The notes under the pieces: model-generated
Databases searched by the model: none
Told to the model about the DNA's origin: nothing
The model's input: the letters and a program-made list of their open reading frames with translations, nothing else
Program-made: the position numbers and the translations under genes
Shown: positions 16,867-25,329 of the stretch, piece after piece
Position numbering within the stretch: the first letter of the stretch is position 1
Layout of the letters: each line of letters opens with the position of its first letter
Source of the DNA: an archaeon
Lineage (GTDB): Archaea > Nanobdellota > Nanobdellia > Woesearchaeales > GW2011-AR9
DNA length: 64,000 nucleotides
Assembly (NCBI GenBank): GCA_002688265.1
Contig: NZCK01000024.1
Location: forward strand, 8,731-72,730
Reading direction: 5' to 3'

Positions 16867-18942
16867 ATGGTAGAGAGTAACACAAGGAGCGGAGAAGGCC
16901 AAATAGAAAAAGAATTTGGTTTAGAAGTTAGTGAACAAATTCGCTTATTTAAAGAGTTTATTGAACAACATTACCACGCCCAATTACTTGAAGCAAACAG
17001 AAAAGGGAAAGAATCTCTAGTTATTTCATTTACTGATTTATTGAAATTTAACACAGAACTTGCTGAAGAATTAACTGAAAGACCCGAAGAAGTTCTAAAA
17101 GCAGCAGAAATTGCCATCAAAGAATTTGACCTTCCTCAAAAGATTGATGTATTCACTGTTAGAATAAAAAATATGCCTGACTCTCTAAAAGTTAACGTCA
17201 GTGAAATTAGAAGTAAACACCTAAGTAAATTTTTATGGTGCATTGGAATTGTTAGACAAAAATCTGATGTGAGGCCACATGTATCCACTGCAAAATTTGA
17301 ATGTCCAAGTTGTGGAAACGTATTAACTGTATTGCAACTTGATCAAAAATACAAGGAACCAACCAGGTGTAGTTGCGGAAGAAAAGGAAAATTCAAAGAA
17401 TTGAGTAAAGAGTTAGTTGATGGACAAGGATTAGTTTTAGAAGAATCGCCTGATGATTTGGATGGAGCACAACCTAAACGAATTAATGTTTTCTTGAAAG
17501 GAGATTTAGTTACTCCTCTACACGAACGCAGAACTAGCCCAGGAACCAAAGTTAAACTTTTTGGGTGGGTGTCTGAAATTCCAATCCAATTGCGTTCAGG
17601 AGGAAAAAGCACCAAATATGATTTGATCCTAGAAGCTAATCACATTGAACCTTTTGGAGACGATCCAAGCAATATGAAAATTAGTGACGCTGATTTTGCT
17701 GAATTTGAAAAAATTTCTAAACAAGAAAATGTATTGCTTTACGTTGCAAACAATATAGCTCCTTCTATTTATGGACATGATAAAATTAAACAATCATTAT
17801 GTTTACAGTTGGCAGGGGGTTGTGTTAAAAAAAGAAAAGACGGGGTGAGGACCAGGGGAGATATTCACATTCTATTAATTGGGGATCCTGGAGCAGGTAA
17901 AAGCCAGTTATTAAAAAGAATTACAAGGGTTGCTCCAAAAGCAAGATTCACTAGTGGAAAGGGGGCTTCGGCCGCCGGACTTACAGCATCAGTTGTAAAA
18001 GATGAATTCTTAGGAGGGTGGAGTCTAGAAGCGGGTACTTTGGTTCTCGCTAACAAAGGTTTTGCAATTATTGATGAGTTAGATAAAATGACTAAAGAAG
18101 ATAGGAGTGCACTGCATGAGGCAATGGAACAACAAACTGTTAGTGTTTCAAAAGCAAATATTCAAGCAACTCTTCGTTGTGAAACTACTTTGCTCGCTGC
18201 TGCTAATCCTAAATTTGGGCGCTTTGACCCATATGATTTAATTGCTAACCAAATTAATTTGCCCCCAACACTAATCAACAGATTTGATCTGATTTTTCCG
18301 ATTAAAGATATGCCTAGTCGAGAAAAAGATGATAAATTAGCTTCATTTATTCTGAAACTACACCAAGATCCAGATGCAGCAGTTGCAAAATTAGAATCAG
18401 ACATTCTTAAAAAATATTTTATGTATGTTAGACGTTTTGCTACCCCTTTCTTAAGTGATGAAGCAATAACTGAAATTAAACAATATTATATTAGTATGAG
18501 AAACTCAAGTGGAGTTGAAGAAGGAGGGGTTTCTTCAGTACCAATTACTGCTAGGCAATTAGAGGCACTTGTTAGATTAGCTGAGGCCAGTGCAAAATTA
18601 AGATTGGCAAAAACAGTAACTAAAGAAGATGCACTCAAATCTATAGAACTGGTAGATTATTGTCTAAACCAAATTGCAAAGGATGAAGAAACTGGAAAGA
18701 TTGATATTGATAGAATAAGTAGCAAAATTACTTCTTCTCAACGTAGTAAAATTAGTATGATTAAAGAAATAATTAGTAATATTGAATCTGTAACTAAAGA
18801 GAGAATTATTGCTGTGGAATTAATTATTCAAGAGGCAGCAAACAAAAAACTTAGCGCAGAAGATGTGGAAGATGTTTTAGAAAAACTTAGACGTAGTGGA
18901 GATATTTTTGAACCTAAAAGAGGATTTATTCAAAAATTGTAA
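16867..18942 (+). CDS. mcm: MCM replicative helicase
   Basis: 691 aa. Zn motif CPSCG...CSCG, Walker A LLIGDPGAGKSQLL, Walker B IDELDKM, arginine-finger region SRFDL-like NRFDLIF, and a C-terminal winged helix. Confidence 0.95.
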   Translation: MVESNTRSGEGQIEKEFGLEVSEQIRLFKEFIEQHYHAQLLEANRKGKESLVISFTDLLKFNTELAEELTERPEEVLKAAEIAIKEFDLPQKIDVFTVRIKNMPDSLKVNVSEIRSKHLSKFLWCIGIVRQKSDVRPHVSTAKFECPSCGNVLTVLQLDQKYKEPTRCSCGRKGKFKELSKELVDGQGLVLEESPDDLDGAQPKRINVFLKGDLVTPLHERRTSPGTKVKLFGWVSEIPIQLRSGGKSTKYDLILEANHIEPFGDDPSNMKISDADFAEFEKISKQENVLLYVANNIAPSIYGHDKIKQSLCLQLAGGCVKKRKDGVRTRGDIHILLIGDPGAGKSQLLKRITRVAPKARFTSGKGASAAGLTASVVKDEFLGGWSLEAGTLVLANKGFAIIDELDKMTKEDRSALHEAMEQQTVSVSKANIQATLRCETTLLAAANPKFGRFDPYDLIANQINLPPTLINRFDLIFPIKDMPSREKDDKLASFILKLHQDPDAAVAKLESDILKKYFMYVRRFATPFLSDEAITEIKQYYISMRNSSGVEEGGVSSVPITARQLEALVRLAEASAKLRLAKTVTKEDALKSIELVDYCLNQIAKDEETGKIDIDRISSKITSSQRSKISMIKEIISNIESVTKERIIAVELIIQEAANKKLSAEDVEDVLEKLRRSGDIFEPKRGFIQKL

Positions 18943-18978
18943 ATTGAGGAAAAATAAATATTTATTGAGTTAAAAACT

Positions 18979-19776
18979 ATGGCGACAAAACAAAGTTTTA
19001 GAGCAGAAGCAAAACTAGTTCCTCTTTCATATTTATATCTTGGAAAATATGTTGTTGGAAATGAAACTTCTGCAAGTTATCTGAAACTAGAGAATAAAGA
19101 AGAATTGATTAGAATTAATTGTGTTGCTGCAGTTGTACGTCGAGAAGATTTGGGGTCAATTACTGTATTCACTATTGATGATGGGAGTGATAACATTTCA
19201 GTAAGAATTTTTGATAAAAGAAAACATATTGATTCTATTAATGTAGGGCAAGTGATATTAGTTGTTGGAAGAATTAGAGAATATAACACAGAAAGATATA
19301 TTGCAGCAGAGATTATTCACTCTGTTGAGTCAAGATGGTTGAAATATAGGTCCTTATTATTGCATTCAAAAATGCAAAAAATGAAAAATGAAAAAATAGT
19401 TGATGAATTTAAAAAAGAAGAAACCAAAGAAGAAATTGAATCTGTTGTGATTCAAGAAACTCCTCTCAATACTATGACTTATTCTTCGACCGTTGATACT
19501 GCTCTTTCAAATAACGATTCTACCTTTGTTGGTTCTGTTACTTTAGAAAAAAAAGAAAAAGTAGTAGAAACAAGCCCAGTCTTTGAGGTAGCTAACACAG
19601 AAAATCCTTATTTAGAATTGATGAGTTTAATCAGTAAATTAGACTCTGGAAAAGGGGTAGCGCTGGAAGTTATTATTAATGAATCAAATTATTCTAATAC
19701 AGAAGAATTACTTCAAAAAATGATGGAAACCGGCGACATTTTCCAAAATATGCCAGGAAAAGTAAAAGTTCTTTGA
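18979..19776 (+). CDS. RPA32-like OB-fold protein with C-terminal winged helix
   Basis: 265 aa. OB-like core (VAAVVRREDLGSITVFTIDDGSDNISVRIFD...GQVILVVGRIREYN). An acidic/low-complexity linker precedes a C-terminus ending ETGDIFQNMPGKVKVL. It starts 37 nt after mcm. Confidence 0.55.
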   Translation: MATKQSFRAEAKLVPLSYLYLGKYVVGNETSASYLKLENKEELIRINCVAAVVRREDLGSITVFTIDDGSDNISVRIFDKRKHIDSINVGQVILVVGRIREYNTERYIAAEIIHSVESRWLKYRSLLLHSKMQKMKNEKIVDEFKKEETKEEIESVVIQETPLNTMTYSSTVDTALSNNDSTFVGSVTLEKKEKVVETSPVFEVANTENPYLELMSLISKLDSGKGVALEVIINESNYSNTEELLQKMMETGDIFQNMPGKVKVL

Positions 19777-19803
19777 ATGAAGAAGAAGAAAAAAGAATTT
19801 TAA

Positions 19804-20649
19804 TTACCATCCAAAAAATATTGGAGTAATATAAACTTCCATTAAAGCAGCAAATAACAATACACCTAAACTTAAAAGAACTAAACTAATAGAATCAAAT
19901 AACACAGTTTCATCTTGTAAATTGTGTTTAATCACAGCTATTGAAATGATACTACCTGCAATTCCTGCAATAAAATATGCTGCAATTTCTACAAAACCAT
20001 GAAACATGAACCTGAAAAAACTAAAAGTTCCAACACTTAAATAATTTACAAGCGTGACTGAACCTGCTTCTGCTGCAATTTCTGCTAGACTAGATTTGAT
20101 TAAAGCTCCAACAGCAACAGCAACAACCGAAGCATTCCAAGTTAAAATGAAAATAGCTCCCGCTCCAAATAAAAAGGAAAAAACTAAACAAAACATTAAT
20201 ACTTTTAAATTATTAACAAAAATTGCTTGGAATAATCCAAACAACGTAATCCCTCCTTGAACATTTGTTTGAACATTCACCATTGCCTGAGTTTGAATTG
20301 AAAATATCTCTGAAACCATGGAAGATGGTAAAAAAACATAAGCTACAGTCAAACCCATAACAACACCTACAAAAAAATATAATAAAAACATCAATACTTT
20401 ACTATGTTCTTTTAGAATTCTCCATTCACTTTTTATTTTCATATCAATTTCTTCTTCATTTTTAATTGCAGTATAAACTAAAGGTATTGCAGACATCACT
20501 ATTAAAAAAACCAATATTAATCCAGAGTAGTCTCTAAAAGATATATAAGCAAGAAATAAAGAGATTAATGAATATATCACTCCCGCAAAAAACATCTCCC
20601 AAGGTTTCCTTTTAACCGCAAAAGGATTAAACAAGGACTCTAGAACCAT
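19804..20649 (-). CDS. SpoIIM/DUF95-family integral membrane protein
   Basis: 281 aa with about 6 TM segments. IFVNNLKVLMFCLVFSFLFGAGAIFILTWNASV resembles the DUF95 signature. Confidence 0.5.
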   Translation of the reverse strand: MVLESLFNPFAVKRKPWEMFFAGVIYSLISLFLAYISFRDYSGLILVFLIVMSAIPLVYTAIKNEEEIDMKIKSEWRILKEHSKVLMFLLYFFVGVVMGLTVAYVFLPSSMVSEIFSIQTQAMVNVQTNVQGGITLFGLFQAIFVNNLKVLMFCLVFSFLFGAGAIFILTWNASVVAVAVGALIKSSLAEIAAEAGSVTLVNYLSVGTFSFFRFMFHGFVEIAAYFIAGIAGSIISIAVIKHNLQDETVLFDSISLVLLSLGVLLFAALMEVYITPIFFGW

Positions 20650-20810
20650 AGATTTTAGTAATCAAAAAACGTTTATAAATGTTTGTTCAAGACAAGCATA
20701 AGAATAATAAAATAATTTTTATTAAGGTGGTTTTTTGATTATAAATTAAGAGATTATTTGTTTTTATGAAGTTATATGTTATTATTTTTCTAAATGATTA
20801 GTAGTTTCAT

Positions 20811-20823
20811 TTGGAAATTCCAA
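20811..20823. repeat. inverted repeat TTGGAA-A-TTCCAA
   Basis: Read directly from the sequence. Lies inside the candidate origin. Confidence 0.6.
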
Positions 20824-20896
20824 TTATTTGAACTTGAGATCTTTCTACAAAATAGATATTAGTAAATAGAGATACTATTTTGCTACCAACCCCTTG

Positions 20897-20911
20897 GTTT
20901 CTTGTGGAAAC
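20897..20911. promoter_or_regulatory. ORB-like dyad GTTTCTTGTGGAAAC
   Basis: Resembles the archaeal mini-ORB core (GTTCCAGTGGAAAC, from memory). A second partial copy, TAGTGGTAAAA, lies at about 20921-20931. Confidence 0.4.
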
Positions 20912-21196
20912 TGATTTTTCTAGTGGTAAAAAAAAGCATTTAGAGATAGAAAAGATAGATAATTGATTTATTGTGCTTTTATGGGAATAGCATTCAACAA
21001 CATATATCTATGAAAATATAAATTGATAAAACTATTCTTGTTAAATGTTGTTATTTTAGTAGATTATCATTTGAATTATTATTTAATAATAAATTATAAA
21101 GAAACCTTCTTTTGATATATTAATAGTATATTTGAACTCAATATAAAAAATTAATTCCTCATCTTTGTTTATATAAAAAAATATTATTATTATATT

Positions 21197-21222
21197 TATT
21201 ATTTACAATATTGTAAATAATA
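21197..21222. repeat. 26-bp perfect palindrome TATTATTTACAATATTGTAAATAATA
   Basis: Self-complementarity was verified base by base. Sits in the most AT-rich part of the intergenic region. Confidence 0.9.
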
Positions 21223-21253
21223 TAATAAGTATAAACAACTTAGATGAATTACG

Positions 21254-21271
21254 AATAATAATAATAATAAT
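21254..21271. repeat. (AAT)6 microsatellite
   Basis: aataataataataataat, read directly. Confidence 0.9.
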
Positions 21272-21398
21272 TCTCTTAATTGTTTTGTAGATGAATATAT
21301 CTTTTTATGAGTATCTTCGAATACACATTTTGATTTGATTTGGTTGTTAATAGAGTATTATGGACACGTGGTTAGTTTTTCGATATTTATTTAAACTG

Positions 21399-21431
21399 GT
21401 TCCATCAGAAATAACAGTGTAATGGAAAAAC
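21399..21431. promoter_or_regulatory. two further ORB-like elements (GTTCCATCAGAAAT ... GTAATGGAAAAAC)
   Basis: These share the GTTCC / TGGAAA half-sites with the element at 20897. They lie about 85-115 nt upstream of the probable cdc6 ATG. Confidence 0.35.
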
Positions 21432-21514
21432 ATTGTGAAATTTTTAAAATATGAAACGGTTTATTTTTATATTTGATTAAATGTTCCACAGGAAATAAAG
21501 GGGTTGGAGTCTTA

Positions 21515-22717
21515 ATGAAAGGTATGAGGGGTTTTTTTGAGAATTTTTTAGAAAGAGAGTCATTATTTTTAGATAAAACATCATTGCTTTCTCATTATGT
21601 TCCAAACGAAGTTTTGTATAGAGAAGAGTTAATTAATGAAATAGCTAATATTTTAGCTCCATCACTTAGAATTGAAAGACCATCCAATTTATTTGTATAT
21701 GGAAAGACAGGTACTGGAAAAACTCTTTCAATAAGATATATACTACAGTCAATGGATCAAATTTCAAAAGAAAGAAATATTCCATTAAAATCAATTTATA
21801 TTAATTGCAAGTTAAAAAGAGTTGCGGACACAGAATATAGACTTATTGCACAAATAATTAAATCATTTGGGAGAGATATTCCCGCAACAGGATTACCAAC
21901 GGATGAAGTTTATAACATTTTTTATCGCTTATTAGACTCAGAGAAGCAAATTATATTATTAGTTTTAGACGAAATTGATCAACTCACTAAAAAAATGGGT
22001 GATGAAATACTATATAACTTAACTAGAATAAATGCTGAACTAAAAAAAGCTCAAATTTGTTTGATTGGAATATCAAATAATTTAGTGTTTGCAGAAAATT
22101 TAGATCCAAGGGTACAATCTTCACTCTCTGAAGAAGAATTAATTTTTCCACCATATAATGCACTGCAAATTCAAGATATTTTAAGACAGCGTTGTTCTAA
22201 AGCATTCGCAAGAGATGTAATTGAACCAGGTGTTGTTGAAAAATGTGCAGCTTATGCAGCCAGAGAACATGGTGATGCTCGTCGAGCAATAGATTTACTG
22301 AGGGTAGCAGGAGAATTGGCTGAACGTGAAAATGCTAAAACAGTTCAACTTATCCATTTAGATAGTGCAGAAGAAAAAATAGAATCAGACAAAGTAATTA
22401 ATACAGTTATAGGTCAACCTAAACAATTTCAACTAGTACTTTATTCGATATTACAATTAACTCCTAATAATCGCCCTTTTTTTACAGGAGAAATTTATGA
22501 ATTATATAGCAAAGTATGCAAAAAAGCTCAATTTAATGTTTTAACTCAAAGACGTATTTCAGATATCTTAGCAGAGTTTGATATGCTAGGAATAATTAAC
22601 GCAAAAATAATTTCTAAAGGAAGGTATGGAAGAACAAGAGAAGTAAGCGTGGCACTTGATGAAAATATGAAAGTAAAATTGAAAGAATTGATTGAAAAAT
22701 CATTACAAATGAATTAA
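21515..22717 (+). CDS. cdc6: Orc1/Cdc6 replication initiator
   Basis: Walker A VYGKTGTGKT, Walker B LLVLDEID, sensor region GDARRAIDLL, and a C-terminal winged helix. The track ORF starts at TTG 21473; ATG 21515 (MKGMRGFF) is preferred. Confidence 0.9.
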   Translation: MKGMRGFFENFLERESLFLDKTSLLSHYVPNEVLYREELINEIANILAPSLRIERPSNLFVYGKTGTGKTLSIRYILQSMDQISKERNIPLKSIYINCKLKRVADTEYRLIAQIIKSFGRDIPATGLPTDEVYNIFYRLLDSEKQIILLVLDEIDQLTKKMGDEILYNLTRINAELKKAQICLIGISNNLVFAENLDPRVQSSLSEEELIFPPYNALQIQDILRQRCSKAFARDVIEPGVVEKCAAYAAREHGDARRAIDLLRVAGELAERENAKTVQLIHLDSAEEKIESDKVINTVIGQPKQFQLVLYSILQLTPNNRPFFTGEIYELYSKVCKKAQFNVLTQRRISDILAEFDMLGIINAKIISKGRYGRTREVSVALDENMKVKLKELIEKSLQMN

Positions 22718-22754
22718 GATGTACAAATTTACATCCTATATTGGTTTATGAAAT

Positions 22755-24473
22755 ATGGAATCAAAAGAAAAATTAATTGAAAAATTATTCACTCAAGGAG
22801 TTTTAGTTACAAAAGATTTACTTGAAAAAATAGAAGCTGGAGAAAATAAATCTTTAATGAATAAATTAGAAACAGAAGAAGACATGTTGGTTTTAACAAA
22901 TGATTATGTAACCCTATTAGAAGATGATGGAAAACTTATTGATTGGTATGAAATGGATAAGTATAGAGTAGATTTTGAAAAAGAAGGTGACAAAGACCTA
23001 TATCAATCTCAATTACAACAATTTAGGAGCGTTAGTTTACAAGGAGCAAGCGCTAATCAAGATATTAGTAAAACAGAAGTTCATTCAATGGAGATGGAAT
23101 TAAAAAAAGAAGGCGCAGAAGTTTCTTTTGAAGATTCTGGAGAAATTTTTTCAGATAAATTAGTTGAAAATGAAAATAATCCTTTATTAGAACAAGAGGC
23201 AGAACAAGAAGTTGAAGTTTCTTACAAAGTAATTGTGAATTTTGAGCATACAGCAAAAAAATATTCTGTTAAAGATTTTTCAAACATTTTTCGGACAAGA
23301 TACAAATATCTAGAAAGAGTAATTCGAGCCCATCCTGAAATGAAAGGAGTTACAAGCATCAGCAGAATTTTACAAAAAAAAGAGAAAGAAGCTTGTGCAA
23401 TTATTGGGGTAGTATTTGATATTGCTTTAACTCGAAATAATAATTATATAATTACATTAGAAGATTTGACTGGACAGATAAAAGTAATTGTTAGCCAAAA
23501 AAATAAAGAAGTGTTCGAACAAGCAAAAGAATTAATTTTTGATGAAGTTATAGGAGTTGTTGGGAGTAATTCAGGAGATATTATGTTCGCTTCAGAATTT
23601 ATTTGGCCAGATATACCTCAAGGAAAAGAAGTAAAAAAGGCACCAGTTGAAGAGTATGCAATATTTTTAAGTGATATTCATGTAGGGAGCAATAACTTCT
23701 TAGAGGAAGAATTCCAAAAATGCATCAATTGGTTAAAAGCAGAAACAGGATCAGACAAACAAAAAGATCTTGCTTCAAAAGTAAAATATATTTTCATCGC
23801 AGGAGATTTAGTGGATGGGATAGGGATTTATCCCAATCAATACAAAGAACTCACCATTTTGGAGATGAAAGGCCAATACAAAGAATTTACTAAATTTATT
23901 AAACAAATTCCAACAGATAAGAAAATATTTATTTGCCCTGGAAACCATGATGTAGTTCATTTAGCAGAACCCCAATCAGTATTTTATAAAGAGTACACTG
24001 AAGAATTACATGAGATGGACAATGTTCATTTAGTATCAAATCCTTCAATGATTACAATTGCTAAAACAGAAAATTTTAGTGGAATAAATATTTTAATGTA
24101 TCATGGATATAGTTTTGATTATTATGTGGCGAATGTAGACAGTATTAGAAATAATGGAGGATACAATCGTGCGGATTTAATAATGAAATTTTTACTGAAG
24201 CGACGACATTTAGCTCCTGCTTTTAAATCAACACCATATTTACCTGCCTTTGATGAAGATCCTTTGTTAATAAGTCAAGTACCAGACATTATGATCTCTG
24301 GCCATATTCATTATAGCAGCGTAGCTAATTATAAAGGAGTCACGACAATTTGTGGTTCATGTTGGCAATCAAAAACAGAGTTTCAAGAAAAGTTAGGACA
24401 CAATCCAGAACCAGGAAGAGTACCAGTAGTTAATTTAAAGACGAGAGAAGTAAAAGTGCTTCGATTTGTTTAG
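22755..24473 (+). CDS. dp1: DNA polymerase D small subunit (DP1)
   Basis: 572 aa. It has an OB region followed by calcineurin-like phosphoesterase motifs (LSDIHVGS, AGDLVDGIGIYPNQ, PGNHD, GHIH). Confidence 0.9.
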   Translation: MESKEKLIEKLFTQGVLVTKDLLEKIEAGENKSLMNKLETEEDMLVLTNDYVTLLEDDGKLIDWYEMDKYRVDFEKEGDKDLYQSQLQQFRSVSLQGASANQDISKTEVHSMEMELKKEGAEVSFEDSGEIFSDKLVENENNPLLEQEAEQEVEVSYKVIVNFEHTAKKYSVKDFSNIFRTRYKYLERVIRAHPEMKGVTSISRILQKKEKEACAIIGVVFDIALTRNNNYIITLEDLTGQIKVIVSQKNKEVFEQAKELIFDEVIGVVGSNSGDIMFASEFIWPDIPQGKEVKKAPVEEYAIFLSDIHVGSNNFLEEEFQKCINWLKAETGSDKQKDLASKVKYIFIAGDLVDGIGIYPNQYKELTILEMKGQYKEFTKFIKQIPTDKKIFICPGNHDVVHLAEPQSVFYKEYTEELHEMDNVHLVSNPSMITIAKTENFSGINILMYHGYSFDYYVANVDSIRNNGGYNRADLIMKFLLKRRHLAPAFKSTPYLPAFDEDPLLISQVPDIMISGHIHYSSVANYKGVTTICGSCWQSKTEFQEKLGHNPEPGRVPVVNLKTREVKVLRFV

Positions 24474-25165
24474 TTAGTTATTCTGGTACCAATAAATCTC
24501 TTATTACTTAGAAATAAAGGTAATTGATTAAGATTTTTCCCACTAATAATAGCCACTTCTAAATCATATTCTTTAGCAAGTTTTGCGGCAATAGGATCAA
24601 ATGGTGCATTCATCCCAGGAGACCATTCATTTGGAAGAATTTTAATTATCTCATCCCAAGTGACTTCTTCTAATTTTTTTGCTTTTGGGTTGTCTTTTGG
24701 ATCAGAATTATAAAGACATTCAATATTACTAAGATTGATTAGTTTTTTTGCCCCAAATTTTTTTGCAAAAAGAACAGTATCATAATCTGTACTATGGCCT
24801 GGCTCAAAACCTGCACCAATTAAAATTGGCTTGTCGAATTTGATCTCTTCATCAGGATCAATTAATATTTTTTCACAAGCAAATTCCAATAAAAATTGTT
24901 TTACTAACTCCGCGTTTAATTTAGTTGCAGCAATACCTACCCAATCATTAGAAACAGTAGAAACATTTGGATTCAATTCTTTAAGCGCAGATTGATAATT
25001 ACGGCAGACTTTTCCCCCTCCACAAACAACTACAAAACGGTTGCCTTGCTCTACTTCTTTGAGAATGAAATCTTTGAATTTTCGTAAAAAACTAATATCC
25101 ACATTCTCTGGAGCGATTAAAGATCCACCAAGTGACAAAATGATTGTTTCATTGTTTTTTACCAT
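24470..25165 (-). CDS. pyrH: archaeal-type UMP kinase
   Basis: Amino-acid-kinase fold: IILSLGGSLI, VVVCGGGKVCRNY, EPGHSTDYD. The first 20-22 codons of the track ORF (to 25231) look like a non-coding extension; Met at 25165 or 25171 is preferred. Confidence 0.85.
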   Translation of the reverse strand: MVKNNETIILSLGGSLIAPENVDISFLRKFKDFILKEVEQGNRFVVVCGGGKVCRNYQSALKELNPNVSTVSNDWVGIAATKLNAELVKQFLLEFACEKILIDPDEEIKFDKPILIGAGFEPGHSTDYDTVLFAKKFGAKKLINLSNIECLYNSDPKDNPKAKKLEEVTWDEIIKILPNEWSPGMNAPFDPIAAKLAKEYDLEVAIISGKNLNQLPLFLSNKRFIGTRITN

Positions 25166-25329
25166 AATCATGAGAAGCAAATTGATTATTAATAAAGTTT
25201 TGTTTCTTAGCCACTGGCCAACTGTGAGCAAGATATATATAGCGTAAAACTAGTGAATTGGTGAGGAGATTTGAACAGATAGATTTGTCACTCTGAAACT
25301 TTAAAAATGTATATAGAGGTAGATATTTT

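Larger units (their letters stand above)
20650..21472. other. candidate replication origin (oriC): AT-rich non-coding region upstream of orc1/cdc6
   Basis: About 820 bp with no credible ORF, the longest intergenic gap in the window. It is extremely AT-rich around 21060-21300, carries several GTGGAAA/TGGAAA-core elements and a 26-bp perfect palindrome, and is flanked by cdc6 and PolD genes. Confidence 0.55.

Noticed and set aside
21254-21271. (AAT)6 repeat as a functional element or CRISPR-like repeat.
   Set aside because: This is a simple trinucleotide microsatellite in the most AT-rich stretch, with no spacer structure. No CRISPR array occurs anywhere in the window.
25166-25231. N-terminal 22-codon extension of the pyrH ORF. 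Similar TTG/GTG-initiated extensions occur at 21473, 41448, 45657, 47399, 50520, 62488 and 63147.
   Set aside because: The extensions add hydrophobic or odd residues not seen in the families concerned. In-frame ATGs with better context lie just downstream.
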